64,000 nucleotides of DNA from an uncultured Verrucomicrobiae bacterium (GTDB taxonomy: Bacteria > Verrucomicrobiota > Verrucomicrobiia > Limisphaerales > AAA164-E04): positions 28,552 to 92,551 of the forward strand of contig CALSPN010000012.1 in NCBI GenBank assembly GCA_943788245.1, read 5' to 3'. A model generated the notes under the pieces. That model saw only the letters and a list, made by a program, of their open reading frames with translations, was not told the origin of the DNA and did no database searches. Below are positions 43,101-51,599 of the stretch, in pieces. Positions within the stretch are counted from its first letter, which is position 1; every line of letters begins with the position of its first letter. The position numbers were made by a program, and so were the translations under genes.

Positions 43101-44132
43101 CGCCAGGATCCTCTCTGGAATTTACCATTTGGTGCTTCAGAACTAAAGTTGATTGACGATCAACTTTTATTGAGGCAGGGGCAAGAAGTCTGGGGTTTCA
43201 ATATTGAGGAGAGTGGAGCATTACAACTTCAATCTATTTATGAACCATTTGGTTGCTACTGGTTCAATCTTTCAGGAACAGTGGTTGATAAAGGAGACCA
43301 CTTGTGGATCCCTGCGTCTGATTATGGCGCTGACAGGCTGAGTCCTGCCAGCCCGGGCCGTCCATTGGTAAGGGTTTCGGGAGGAACTTTTTTTGGCGAA
43401 TGTGAAGGCTATTGTAAGACGTCCATCCATGTCGAACCAACGCGCACGACTTTTACTGCCAGTGCCTTGGATCAGTCTGTGCCCACATACCGACAATACG
43501 CCTATGGTGCAAATAACTGGTCCAGTATAGCTGATACGGTTGACTGGAATGCTTTTTCTGAATTGCCAGAAATTGTCGGATGTCCTGACTGTGCCGATGG
43601 AGGAGGGGAATGGATTGAAGTCAATGTGGCAGGTGAATCACATCGTGTAACTTTTGAAAACGGTGTAAACATAGACGCGATTCAGCCGCTGATTGAACGC
43701 ATTCGGTCCTTGCGTGGTGATTTCAAAATTCCTGAACCAAAAATTGATTCTGTTCATTACATACGGATTGAATCCGATTGTGAAGATCTCTGCCGACGCA
43801 GGATAAACATCAATCAATCAACCTCCCGCTGGACCTTTTCAGACCCTCTGGGCCAGTTGAGAGCAAAAAATTATTCGGAACGCACACCAACTTTGGACTG
43901 GGATCGCCTTGACAGTCTGATTGACTGGCGGGTGGTCCAGGACTTGGCATCCCGGGAATTGGCCATCTGTTACTCCTGTCCAGGTACAGAATGGATCGAG
44001 ATCACGGGGGGGAATCAAATCCATGTGATACCGGCATGGTTTGAAGAAGTCTCCGATTTGAAAGAGTTCCTTCTTTCGACGCTGAATAAATACCAAATTA
44101 AACTTGAGCCTGAAGGGGTTCCCGAAGAGTAA
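40156..44132 (+). pseudogene. Large secreted beta-propeller-domain protein (Beta_propel/PF09826-like) with a tandem C-terminal 4-Cys domain; two frame breaks at 40966-41054
   Basis: Signal MNRSLLKWLFTQIFWVCLLSIGILNA/QQ. REVVESDIWRLEGDRMYFFNQYRGLQIVDLSNVDQP and later SLHATRFDGDKAYIVTFFRIDPLWVVDLSDPANP, WSTYIQPLGDQLLSIG, HHSWSEANHDEKAF are typical of the family. ORF 40075..41034 joins via ORF 40886..41074 to the clean 1033-aa ORF 41031..44132. Confidence 0.7.
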
Positions 44133-44227
44133 ATGAAACGGGTTTGATTTTAAAATACCAAACTAAACACACTGCATCATCTGGCCCCCCTTTTGTATGT
44201 ACTAATCATTCGAGGGAGCGGATCGAT

Positions 44228-44908
44228 GTGTTTCATGCTGCCTTCACGCTGGTGGAATTACTCACCGTTTTGGCCATTGTCGGGATATTGGCGACATTAC
44301 TCATGAGTACGCTTTCAATTGCGAAAAAGAAATCACGAGTAGCAACTTCAACTTCCAACCTGCGTCAAATTGCAATCGCATTTACGCTCTATCAGGATGA
44401 TCATGCCCATCGTCCATTGACTTGGGACAGGTTATTATCATCGGGTTATCTAGGCAGTGAGCGAATCCTTAAGTGCCCTGAAGACAGACAGGGGAATTGG
44501 GGGAATCTGGTCCAACCGGATATGACCGGAAACGTTGCCACCAATCAGCACTCGTATTTGTATCCTTTGCCCTGGGATGACTGGGCTTGGAATCGCATTG
44601 TGAGATCCGGTGCGCATGCGGGGCTCGCCGCATGCCAGCTACATGGTATGGGAAGGCCTGATCCTGATGCACCCTCCATGCTCGATTTTGAAGGACTGGT
44701 GCTGCGTGCTCAATTAGACGGAGCCGTGGTGCGTCGCGAAGTTTACTGGAGGGCAGGGATGGATGTGCCGCTGGAAACAGCAGCTGCCGGTATGCGGGAT
44801 GAAAGTTTAATACCCCCAGATCCGCCCTCCGATGCTGCAAGTCGAATTCTGTTTACGTCGGACTTTCCCTGGTCCTTGTTCATGGATGAATCCCTTGAAC
44901 AACCCTGA
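44228..44908 (+). CDS. Prepilin-type N-terminal cleavage/methylation domain protein (pseudopilin-like)
   Basis: ORF 44144..44908 (TTG). The in-frame GTG at 44228 is preceded by GAGGGAG (44212-44218) and gives a short leader MFHAA/FTLVELLTVLAIVGILATLLMS, the class-III signal pattern. Confidence 0.7.
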   Translation: MFHAAFTLVELLTVLAIVGILATLLMSTLSIAKKKSRVATSTSNLRQIAIAFTLYQDDHAHRPLTWDRLLSSGYLGSERILKCPEDRQGNWGNLVQPDMTGNVATNQHSYLYPLPWDDWAWNRIVRSGAHAGLAACQLHGMGRPDPDAPSMLDFEGLVLRAQLDGAVVRREVYWRAGMDVPLETAAAGMRDESLIPPDPPSDAASRILFTSDFPWSLFMDESLEQP

Positions 44909-44920
44909 ATTTTTCTGCGA

Positions 44921-45727
44921 ATGACATTCAAAACACAAAGGTCATGGATGCGTGGTCTGCTTTGGGCAGAATGGTTTGCTCACAGCCGACTGCTTCTGTC
45001 TTTCCTTCTTCTCTGGCTGGGGGCTGCCTGGATTGTTCCTTTGTTTACTCATCCTGGCTGGATCATGGTGATTTCCTTTCTGTATGCACTTGTGGCGGGC
45101 CCTTCTTATGGTGGATCCGATGCGGTGGACGATTGTGAGGAGTTCACTTTTTCTTTGCCTGCAACGAGATCAGATCGTTTCCTGGCAAGGCTGGCTGTAT
45201 CGGGTTTCACCTTGATGATGTTTGTGGGCCTAGATTTTCTGGTGCTGGGTATGGATTGGCAATCCACTTTGAAACGATTCTTCCTGGACGCTGGCCTCTT
45301 GGAACCTGCTCCGGAATTGAAGCCGGGACTCCTTTACGGTTTGGTGATGGCACTGCCCATCAATGTCTTTTGTATTTCTTTTGTAGTCTCCAGTGTCGTG
45401 CGTCGTCGGTTTATTGTGTTTACCTCATGGTTCTGGAGTCTGGTATTGGCGCTGGGAACCCTCTACCTCGGTGTGATTGCAGAGGAGTGGTGGTGGCATG
45501 AGGTGAATGGATATTTCAGTTTGCCCATGCTGTTGTTTGGTTCAGTCATTATTTTGAAGCTGGGCCATGGGCTCTATCGCCATAAAGAGGTTGGGGACTA
45601 TGGGGCCCCCGTGAATCTTCCATCTGGATTCTTGGGCTGGGTGATCATGTGGCTTGTGGCCTTGATCCTTCTGGTGCTGATGGCGGGTTCGCTGTTGAAA
45701 AAGTTTCCCCAATTTTTCAACACTTAG
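44921..45727 (+). CDS. Polytopic membrane protein, probable ABC-2-type permease partner of the upstream ATPase
   Basis: Intact 268-aa ORF with 6-7 hydrophobic spans. An extracytoplasmic loop ..GGSDAVDDCEEFTFSLPATRSDRFLARL resembles the E..gT.EfL.slP.sR motif of ABC-2 permeases in GntR-ABC operons. The assignment is by context and pattern only. Confidence 0.5.
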   Translation: MTFKTQRSWMRGLLWAEWFAHSRLLLSFLLLWLGAAWIVPLFTHPGWIMVISFLYALVAGPSYGGSDAVDDCEEFTFSLPATRSDRFLARLAVSGFTLMMFVGLDFLVLGMDWQSTLKRFFLDAGLLEPAPELKPGLLYGLVMALPINVFCISFVVSSVVRRRFIVFTSWFWSLVLALGTLYLGVIAEEWWWHEVNGYFSLPMLLFGSVIILKLGHGLYRHKEVGDYGAPVNLPSGFLGWVIMWLVALILLVLMAGSLLKKFPQFFNT

Positions 45728-45737
45728 CTCCATCCAC

Positions 45738-47108
45738 TCAAGATTTAGGATCTGTATTCGTCTCTGATATCGCTCGACGAAGCTTGGGGATATCAGAGTC
45801 AAGAAGGCCCTCCAATTTCCGGATGGATCGGGACATCGAGAAGAAATTGGGGATATCCTTGGGCTTGAGAATCGTGAAAGTCTTCTGAGCTGTTTCCTTA
45901 AGCCCTGACCACATTACATTCAGATCGGTTCGATCTTGAAGCGCCAGTTCGTTACGGAAGGTATCCGCAAACAATTGATCGAGAGTTTCGTAATCTTTGA
46001 GGTTTTCAGAGAATATTTTCAGTAATCGCCTTCCCCAAAACCAGGTGCAAATCGCAATTGTTGTTATCGTGGCTCCCACTCCGGTAGCTATTTCCCATCC
46101 AGGCCAAATCTGAAAGGCGCCCCAGGCCGAGACACCAGCTGATGCAATCAAACCTCCGGAGATAGCCATCCACTTCACTTGAATTTTCCGGTAATCAAGG
46201 CTGATCGTGTTGCAGAGTCGAGCATGCATGGACAGACGTCGTCCGGCATGGATCAAATCGCTGACGACATTGTCGGCTCGCCGGGTTGGGGTACGCCGGA
46301 CTTCTTCAATGACTTCTTTCCTGGATATATCGAAGTCTTTTAAAGGGATCCCAGGCATCCCGTGTTCACTGACGGATTTACGATGCTCAGGAAGGTAAAT
46401 ATTGAAGATATGCGGGATATCCTTTGTGCGTATGGCCTTTGAGAGATTCCAGCTCAGCGTGCCATAGGTGCGAGCAAAATCCCGGATATTCTGAAACAAA
46501 TCCACTTTGTTGAGAATAATCAGTAATTTGTATTCCAGACCAGCCAGCGTCTGCGTCAAAATACTGATAGTCTCTGCAGTGGTGCCCGGCTTGTCCGGAT
46601 CGAAGAAAAAGAGAATCAAATCCGCTTTCTCCGCAAAGAAACGAACGCCGGAGGCAAAGTCATACTCACGGGTATTGGCTGCTCCGATGGCATCAATCAT
46701 TCCCGGACTGTCAACCAGTGCAAATGATTTCAATAGTGGGTTGGGCAAGGTTTTCAGCTTCAATCGCGACAAGAATGCTGGGCCCAGATGATTCAGGTTT
46801 TTCAGAGGTAGGGAAGGGTGGGACGTAATGGTTTGCCCATCAAATGTGTCTCTCTGATCGCCATGACACAATATGGTGAAACCGTCATCCGTAGGAGCCA
46901 GTCCGGTTTTTTGGACGTCGGTTTCGAGCAAGTGATTGATAAAAGACGATTTACCTGAAGAATGATTTCCCAGAAACAAAACGTTCGGTAATCCAGGAGG
47001 TTCCTTTGCCCTGACCGGTAGTTCGAAAGCCAGTTTTTCGGCTAAAGGCCTCAGGTCGCGATCATAAATCTCAATCGCTTTTTTACTGATTACTCTCTCC
47101 ACACTCAT
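45738..47108 (-). CDS. Dynamin-superfamily NTPase, EHD-like G domain, with C-terminal transmembrane hairpin
   Basis: Intact 456-aa ORF. G1 GNHSSGKSSFINHLL, PTDDGFT, G3 LVDSPGM, REYDF....FAEKADLILFFFDPDKP, G4 LNKVD, then YGTLSWNLSKA and PTRRADNVVSDLIHAGRRLSMHARL. These are colinear with eukaryotic EHD ATPase motifs. Two hydrophobic helices follow (WMAISGGLIASAGVSAWGAF, IATGVGATITTIAICTWFWG). Confidence 0.7.
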   Translation of the reverse strand: MSVERVISKKAIEIYDRDLRPLAEKLAFELPVRAKEPPGLPNVLFLGNHSSGKSSFINHLLETDVQKTGLAPTDDGFTILCHGDQRDTFDGQTITSHPSLPLKNLNHLGPAFLSRLKLKTLPNPLLKSFALVDSPGMIDAIGAANTREYDFASGVRFFAEKADLILFFFDPDKPGTTAETISILTQTLAGLEYKLLIILNKVDLFQNIRDFARTYGTLSWNLSKAIRTKDIPHIFNIYLPEHRKSVSEHGMPGIPLKDFDISRKEVIEEVRRTPTRRADNVVSDLIHAGRRLSMHARLCNTISLDYRKIQVKWMAISGGLIASAGVSAWGAFQIWPGWEIATGVGATITTIAICTWFWGRRLLKIFSENLKDYETLDQLFADTFRNELALQDRTDLNVMWSGLKETAQKTFTILKPKDIPNFFSMSRSIRKLEGLLDSDIPKLRRAISETNTDPKS

Positions 47109-47144
47109 TGAGTCCCTTAAAAAGTATTGTCTGCAGGCTGAGTT

Positions 47145-48083
47145 TTATTTCAAGCGTACGGTGGCCTCCACAGGATAATGATCCGACGGGAATCTTCCAG
47201 TCTCCTGAGTGTAATTGATCGCTGCATTGAGTGTTACAAAGTCATTGGAGTGAAGTATCCAGTCAATGCGCTTTCCTTTGCGATGACCGTTCCATCTTGA
47301 GAAGGAAGCTTCCTGATCATTCGGCGTTGGGTGGATGGCCCGATAGGTATCGACCAGTGGTTCGCCGTTGAAACCTTCGGCTTTGCAGAGGGCGGCGTAA
47401 GGAGCACCTTCTTCGGTAGTATTGAAGTCACCTGTCAGGATGACTGGATACTCATTCATGATCTCCTCAGCTCGGCGGCGGATCAATTTGGCTGACTCCA
47501 GACGTGCCTCTTTCCCTCTGTGATCGAAATGTGTATTGGCAAACACGAATTCTTTTCCTGAGGGAGATTTCAAATCGCGTAACATGACCCAGGACAACAT
47601 GCGGGTCAAAGAGGAATCCCAACTAATACTTCCAGGGATTTCAGGCGTTTCACTCAACCAGAAGTGACCGGAGTCCAACATTTCGAAACGATCTGTTTTC
47701 CACATCAAGGGTACATACTCTCCCTTTTCAGTTCCGGCATCGCGTCCAATGCCATGAAAACCATAGCCATCAAGGTTAGCTTTTAAAATATCTACCTGAA
47801 ATTTCAGGGCTTCCTGATAGCCAATCAAGTCAGGGTTGTAGTTTTTGATCGTTTCGAGAACGAGGTAGTCCCTGTGTTTCCAACTGTTTTCTCCATCATT
47901 GGCGGCTCCGTAACGGATATTAAAACTCATCACTTTGACTGGCGCATGCCGATCGGCCGCTTCGACCTTGGATTGAACGCTGAATGTGCCTGCTACCATG
48001 ATTGCGGCCAGGCTGAAAATCTTGATCAGTGGATTTATGGTTGGTGTTCGCATAACGCAAAAGACTTTTGAGTAAATTCTCAA
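47145..48083 (-). CDS. Endonuclease/exonuclease/phosphatase (EEP) family protein, secreted
   Basis: Intact 312-aa ORF with signal ...AAIMVAGTFSVQSKVEA/AD. Motifs: VMSFNIRYG, GYQEA, THFDHRG, GDFN, SDHYPV. Its stop codon lies 36 nt upstream of the GTPase gene's start codon, on the same strand. Confidence 0.8.
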   Translation of the reverse strand: MRIYSKVFCVMRTPTINPLIKIFSLAAIMVAGTFSVQSKVEAADRHAPVKVMSFNIRYGAANDGENSWKHRDYLVLETIKNYNPDLIGYQEALKFQVDILKANLDGYGFHGIGRDAGTEKGEYVPLMWKTDRFEMLDSGHFWLSETPEIPGSISWDSSLTRMLSWVMLRDLKSPSGKEFVFANTHFDHRGKEARLESAKLIRRRAEEIMNEYPVILTGDFNTTEEGAPYAALCKAEGFNGEPLVDTYRAIHPTPNDQEASFSRWNGHRKGKRIDWILHSNDFVTLNAAINYTQETGRFPSDHYPVEATVRLK

Positions 48084-48120
48084 AAAGGCAATGGTAAAAA
48101 TGTGTGATCACTTGACTACA

Positions 48121-48154
48121 ATAAAAAGCCACCCAATCCCGGAGGATTGGGTGG
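48121..48154 (-). terminator. Intrinsic terminator after amtB
   Basis: Perfect 11-bp stem CCACCCAATCC (48129-48139) / GGATTGGGTGG (48144-48154) with a 4-nt loop, followed on the minus strand by CTTTTTAT. It lies 40 nt downstream of the amtB stop. Confidence 0.85.
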
Positions 48155-48192
48155 TGTGCCATTTTCTCATCAAGCAGGATTCGGATGGTAGA

Positions 48193-49599
48193 TCAATAAT
48201 CTACAGCAGGCTGAAAGTTTGGATAACCGGATATACCGTGCTCTCCGACGTCCAGACCCTCTTCCTCTTCCTGTTCAGTTACTCGCAACCCTAATACCAT
48301 TTTCAATATACCAAAAACAATGAAGGTGAATACAAAGGCAAAAGCGGATATGGCCACTGTGCCGATCAACTGGATGACGAAATTTGCGCCTCCGAAAATG
48401 CCGACAGCGAGCGTTCCCCAGATGCCACACACACCGTGTACGGATATCGCTCCCACTGGGTCGTCAATCTTGATTTTGTCAAAGAAAACGACAGATAGAA
48501 CAACAAGAACGCCTGCAATGGCTCCAGTGATTACAGCTGCCCAGGGTGGAATCACATCTGCTCCAGCAGTGATACCGACCAATCCTGCAAGCAGACCATT
48601 CAAAGCCATGGAAAGGTCAGGTTTTTTGAGGAATACCCAGGAGAACAGTGCTGCAGCCAAACCGCCTGCACAACCAGCCATTGCAGTGGTTACAAACACA
48701 AGTGAAACACCCGCAGGATCTGCACTCAAAACAGATCCGCCGTTAAATCCAAACCATCCGAGAAAGAGCATGAATACCCCTATGGTAGCTAGCGGCATAC
48801 TGTGGCCGAGAATAGGCTTGATCTGTCCATTGACATATTTACCGCGTCGAGCACCCAGCAACAACACAGCTGCCAGGGCAGCAAATCCGCCGAAAGCATG
48901 TACTAATGTTGAACCGGCAAAATCAGCGAATCCCATTTCCGACAACCATCCGCCGCCCCAGTGCCATGATCCGGTTATAGGATACCCAATCATGACTAAA
49001 ACAGTTGCTCCAATCATGAAACTTCCCAACTTGATACGCTCAGCAACAGCACCGGATACGATTGTAGCAGCCGTTGCTGCAAACATGGCCTGGAAAATAA
49101 AATCAGACCAGTAAGTGTAATCAGCATATTGATTTGTCAAGTTGGCGACCGAGTCTGCTCCCTCGGCAAATCCGTTGGGTATCGGACTACCCATTGCAAG
49201 GAATCCTGTTATGGTCCACGCATCCCCTGGATACATGGATATGAACCCCCACATAGCGTAAGAGAGGACGCCCATCGAAATGATGAAAACATTTTTGAAC
49301 AAAATATTCACTGTGTTCTTCTGGCGTGTGAGCCCACTCTCCAGAGTGGCGAAGCCTAAATGCATGATAAATACCAGAGCTGCGGATAAAAGGATCCACA
49401 GATTATCCACCATGAACTTGGGATATGCTACTGGCATCGACTGGAATTCTTCAACGGTTGTAAAAGCCGGGGCTTCTTCTGCTGTTTCCTCGACTGCGGT
49501 TTCGGCAACAGCGATGGCTTCCTCTGCGCCATTCATTTCCAGGGTAACAAAACTCATGAATGTGAGTAGTAGTGTAAGGAGTGTGATTTTTTTGGTCAT
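48193..49599 (-). CDS. amtB: Ammonium transporter
   Basis: Intact 468-aa ORF with an N-terminal signal and 11 TM-like spans. Amt signatures: FATLESGL.RQKN, AFADFAGSTLVHAFGGFAALA, GWFGFNGGS, DDPVGAISVHGVCGIWGTLAVG. It is immediately downstream of glnK. Confidence 0.9.
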   Translation of the reverse strand: MTKKITLLTLLLTFMSFVTLEMNGAEEAIAVAETAVEETAEEAPAFTTVEEFQSMPVAYPKFMVDNLWILLSAALVFIMHLGFATLESGLTRQKNTVNILFKNVFIISMGVLSYAMWGFISMYPGDAWTITGFLAMGSPIPNGFAEGADSVANLTNQYADYTYWSDFIFQAMFAATAATIVSGAVAERIKLGSFMIGATVLVMIGYPITGSWHWGGGWLSEMGFADFAGSTLVHAFGGFAALAAVLLLGARRGKYVNGQIKPILGHSMPLATIGVFMLFLGWFGFNGGSVLSADPAGVSLVFVTTAMAGCAGGLAAALFSWVFLKKPDLSMALNGLLAGLVGITAGADVIPPWAAVITGAIAGVLVVLSVVFFDKIKIDDPVGAISVHGVCGIWGTLAVGIFGGANFVIQLIGTVAISAFAFVFTFIVFGILKMVLGLRVTEQEEEEGLDVGEHGISGYPNFQPAVDY

Positions 49600-49656
49600 A
49601 ATAAAATTATCAGGGTTTCAAGTAGCTGAGTTTCTGAATGTTTTCTGATGAAGGGA

Positions 49657-50118
<462 letters not shown>

Positions 50119-50288
50119 CTATTGTTTTTGCTGGGTGATCACAAAGATACAAGGCTGACGTGATCAAGAATCAACAGTTATTAAGATTTTATACACTGTT
50201 CAAATAACAAACGGATTCGCTGTCTTTATTTAGTCTGATAGGGAATAGGGATGAAACATTCAGATTCCAAGGTTGAACTCAAACGGAC

Positions 50289-51566
50289 ATGTCCTTAAGG
50301 TTCGCGCCATTCCATATGAAGAATTTTTGTGCTCATAGATTGCTCCATTGGTGGTTTCGGACGGGTGTTGCAATGTTTGTAATGTGTGGACATTTTTCTC
50401 CCTCAAATGCACAAGTGTCTCCACGGCAGATTGAGATCGGGGTGATTCCGGGTGGGCTGAGATACAATGTGACGGAATTTGAAGCTGCCGTTGGAGAATT
50501 CATTGAGCTCACATTGGACAACAATGGTTTAATCCCTCACAACTGGTTGCTTGTTCAACCAGGGAAACTGCAAGATGTGATCAATGCTGCCGTCGCTTTG
50601 GGAGGCATCGGATTGAGTAAAGATTTTATCCCTCAAACACCAGACATCCTGCAACGCATAGCATTGGTTCAACCCGGCAAAAGCATTTCGATTCAATTCA
50701 AAGTTCCCGAAAAAACTGGAGATTACCCATATGTTTGCACCTTTCCTGGGCACTCGAATCTCATGCGAGGTGTGATGAAAGTGGTGGGTAAGTCTGAGAA
50801 GGTATCCGCTCCCTTGACTGAAACAAGTTCAAGACGACTTGCCTTGGACGCGTTAGCCAGATCAAAAGTTCAGCCATTCCCAGAGGGAACACGGGAAAAA
50901 CCCTACATCATCCGCACCTTCATGCCTGAACCTGGCCTTAACCCTGAAGTGCTCGCCAATCATGACCGCGGATATGTCGCTGCCAATTACAATCCCGGCC
51001 AGGGCAAAGACGTTCCTGGAATTGTCCTGACAGACCAGGGATTGCCTGCCGCCATCGGGGTTCACTTTGGTGAGCCTTTATCCATATGCTGGGACACGGT
51101 TGAATGTCGATTGATGTATGCATGGAATGGAGGTTTTCTGGATATGAGCCATTATTGGGGAAAGGGAGCCGGTGGAAGTCGGAAAGGATTTGATTACGTT
51201 TCTCGTTTGATCGGGAAAATTCAATTCAAGACTCAAGGAACACATCCCCTGAATGCCAATTATCGTGGGGATACAATCCCTCCTGTACCTCGGTATCGAG
51301 GGTATAAGCTGTTCAATGGGACACCAGAATTCATCTATACATTCGGACATTACACCGTATATGAACGTGTCACTCCATCCGGGAATAAGGCGGTGCAATT
51401 CGATTACTCCATTAGGGACATGCAGAACGACTCGCTGATAAGATTCGGCTTGGATCCAGCGATACGTCCAAGCGTGGAATCATCCATCGGACATTGGGAG
51501 GGCAACGAATTACTCCTCACCGCAGAGGAAGCCAGAAAATTTCAATTGGTCCTGCGTTACGATTGA
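50289..51566 (+). CDS. Azurin-like cupredoxin domain protein with a C-terminal domain of unknown function
   Basis: Intact 425-aa ORF with a signal-like N-terminus. Type-1 copper ligand pattern ...IPHNW...GDYPYVCTFPGHSNLMRGVMKV (H, C, H, M as in azurin CTFPGHxxxM). The roughly 250-aa C-terminal part has no motif I recognise. The start is possibly ATG 50316. Confidence 0.7.
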   Translation: MSLRFAPFHMKNFCAHRLLHWWFRTGVAMFVMCGHFSPSNAQVSPRQIEIGVIPGGLRYNVTEFEAAVGEFIELTLDNNGLIPHNWLLVQPGKLQDVINAAVALGGIGLSKDFIPQTPDILQRIALVQPGKSISIQFKVPEKTGDYPYVCTFPGHSNLMRGVMKVVGKSEKVSAPLTETSSRRLALDALARSKVQPFPEGTREKPYIIRTFMPEPGLNPEVLANHDRGYVAANYNPGQGKDVPGIVLTDQGLPAAIGVHFGEPLSICWDTVECRLMYAWNGGFLDMSHYWGKGAGGSRKGFDYVSRLIGKIQFKTQGTHPLNANYRGDTIPPVPRYRGYKLFNGTPEFIYTFGHYTVYERVTPSGNKAVQFDYSIRDMQNDSLIRFGLDPAIRPSVESSIGHWEGNELLLTAEEARKFQLVLRYD

Positions 51567-51599
51567 ACATGAGTTGCAAAATCTTGGGAAAAAGGCTTC

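Noticed and set aside
45738-47108. The dynamin-like NTPase as an Eleos/LeoA-type anti-phage defence gene.
   Set aside because: It is a single gene with no LeoBC-like partner or other defence genes nearby. Its motifs match the EHD type rather than LeoA-like dynamins. The neighbours are a secreted EEP enzyme and nitrogen-metabolism genes.
48320-49114. A 264-aa ORF on the plus strand opposite amtB. Similar long antisense ORFs occur at 1623..2195 opposite dapB, at 32214..32750 opposite addA/addB, and at 13461..13862 and 13972..14430 opposite gltB.
   Set aside because: These are shadow ORFs of strongly supported genes on the other strand. They have low-complexity P/A/T-rich translations, no start context and no recognisable motifs.
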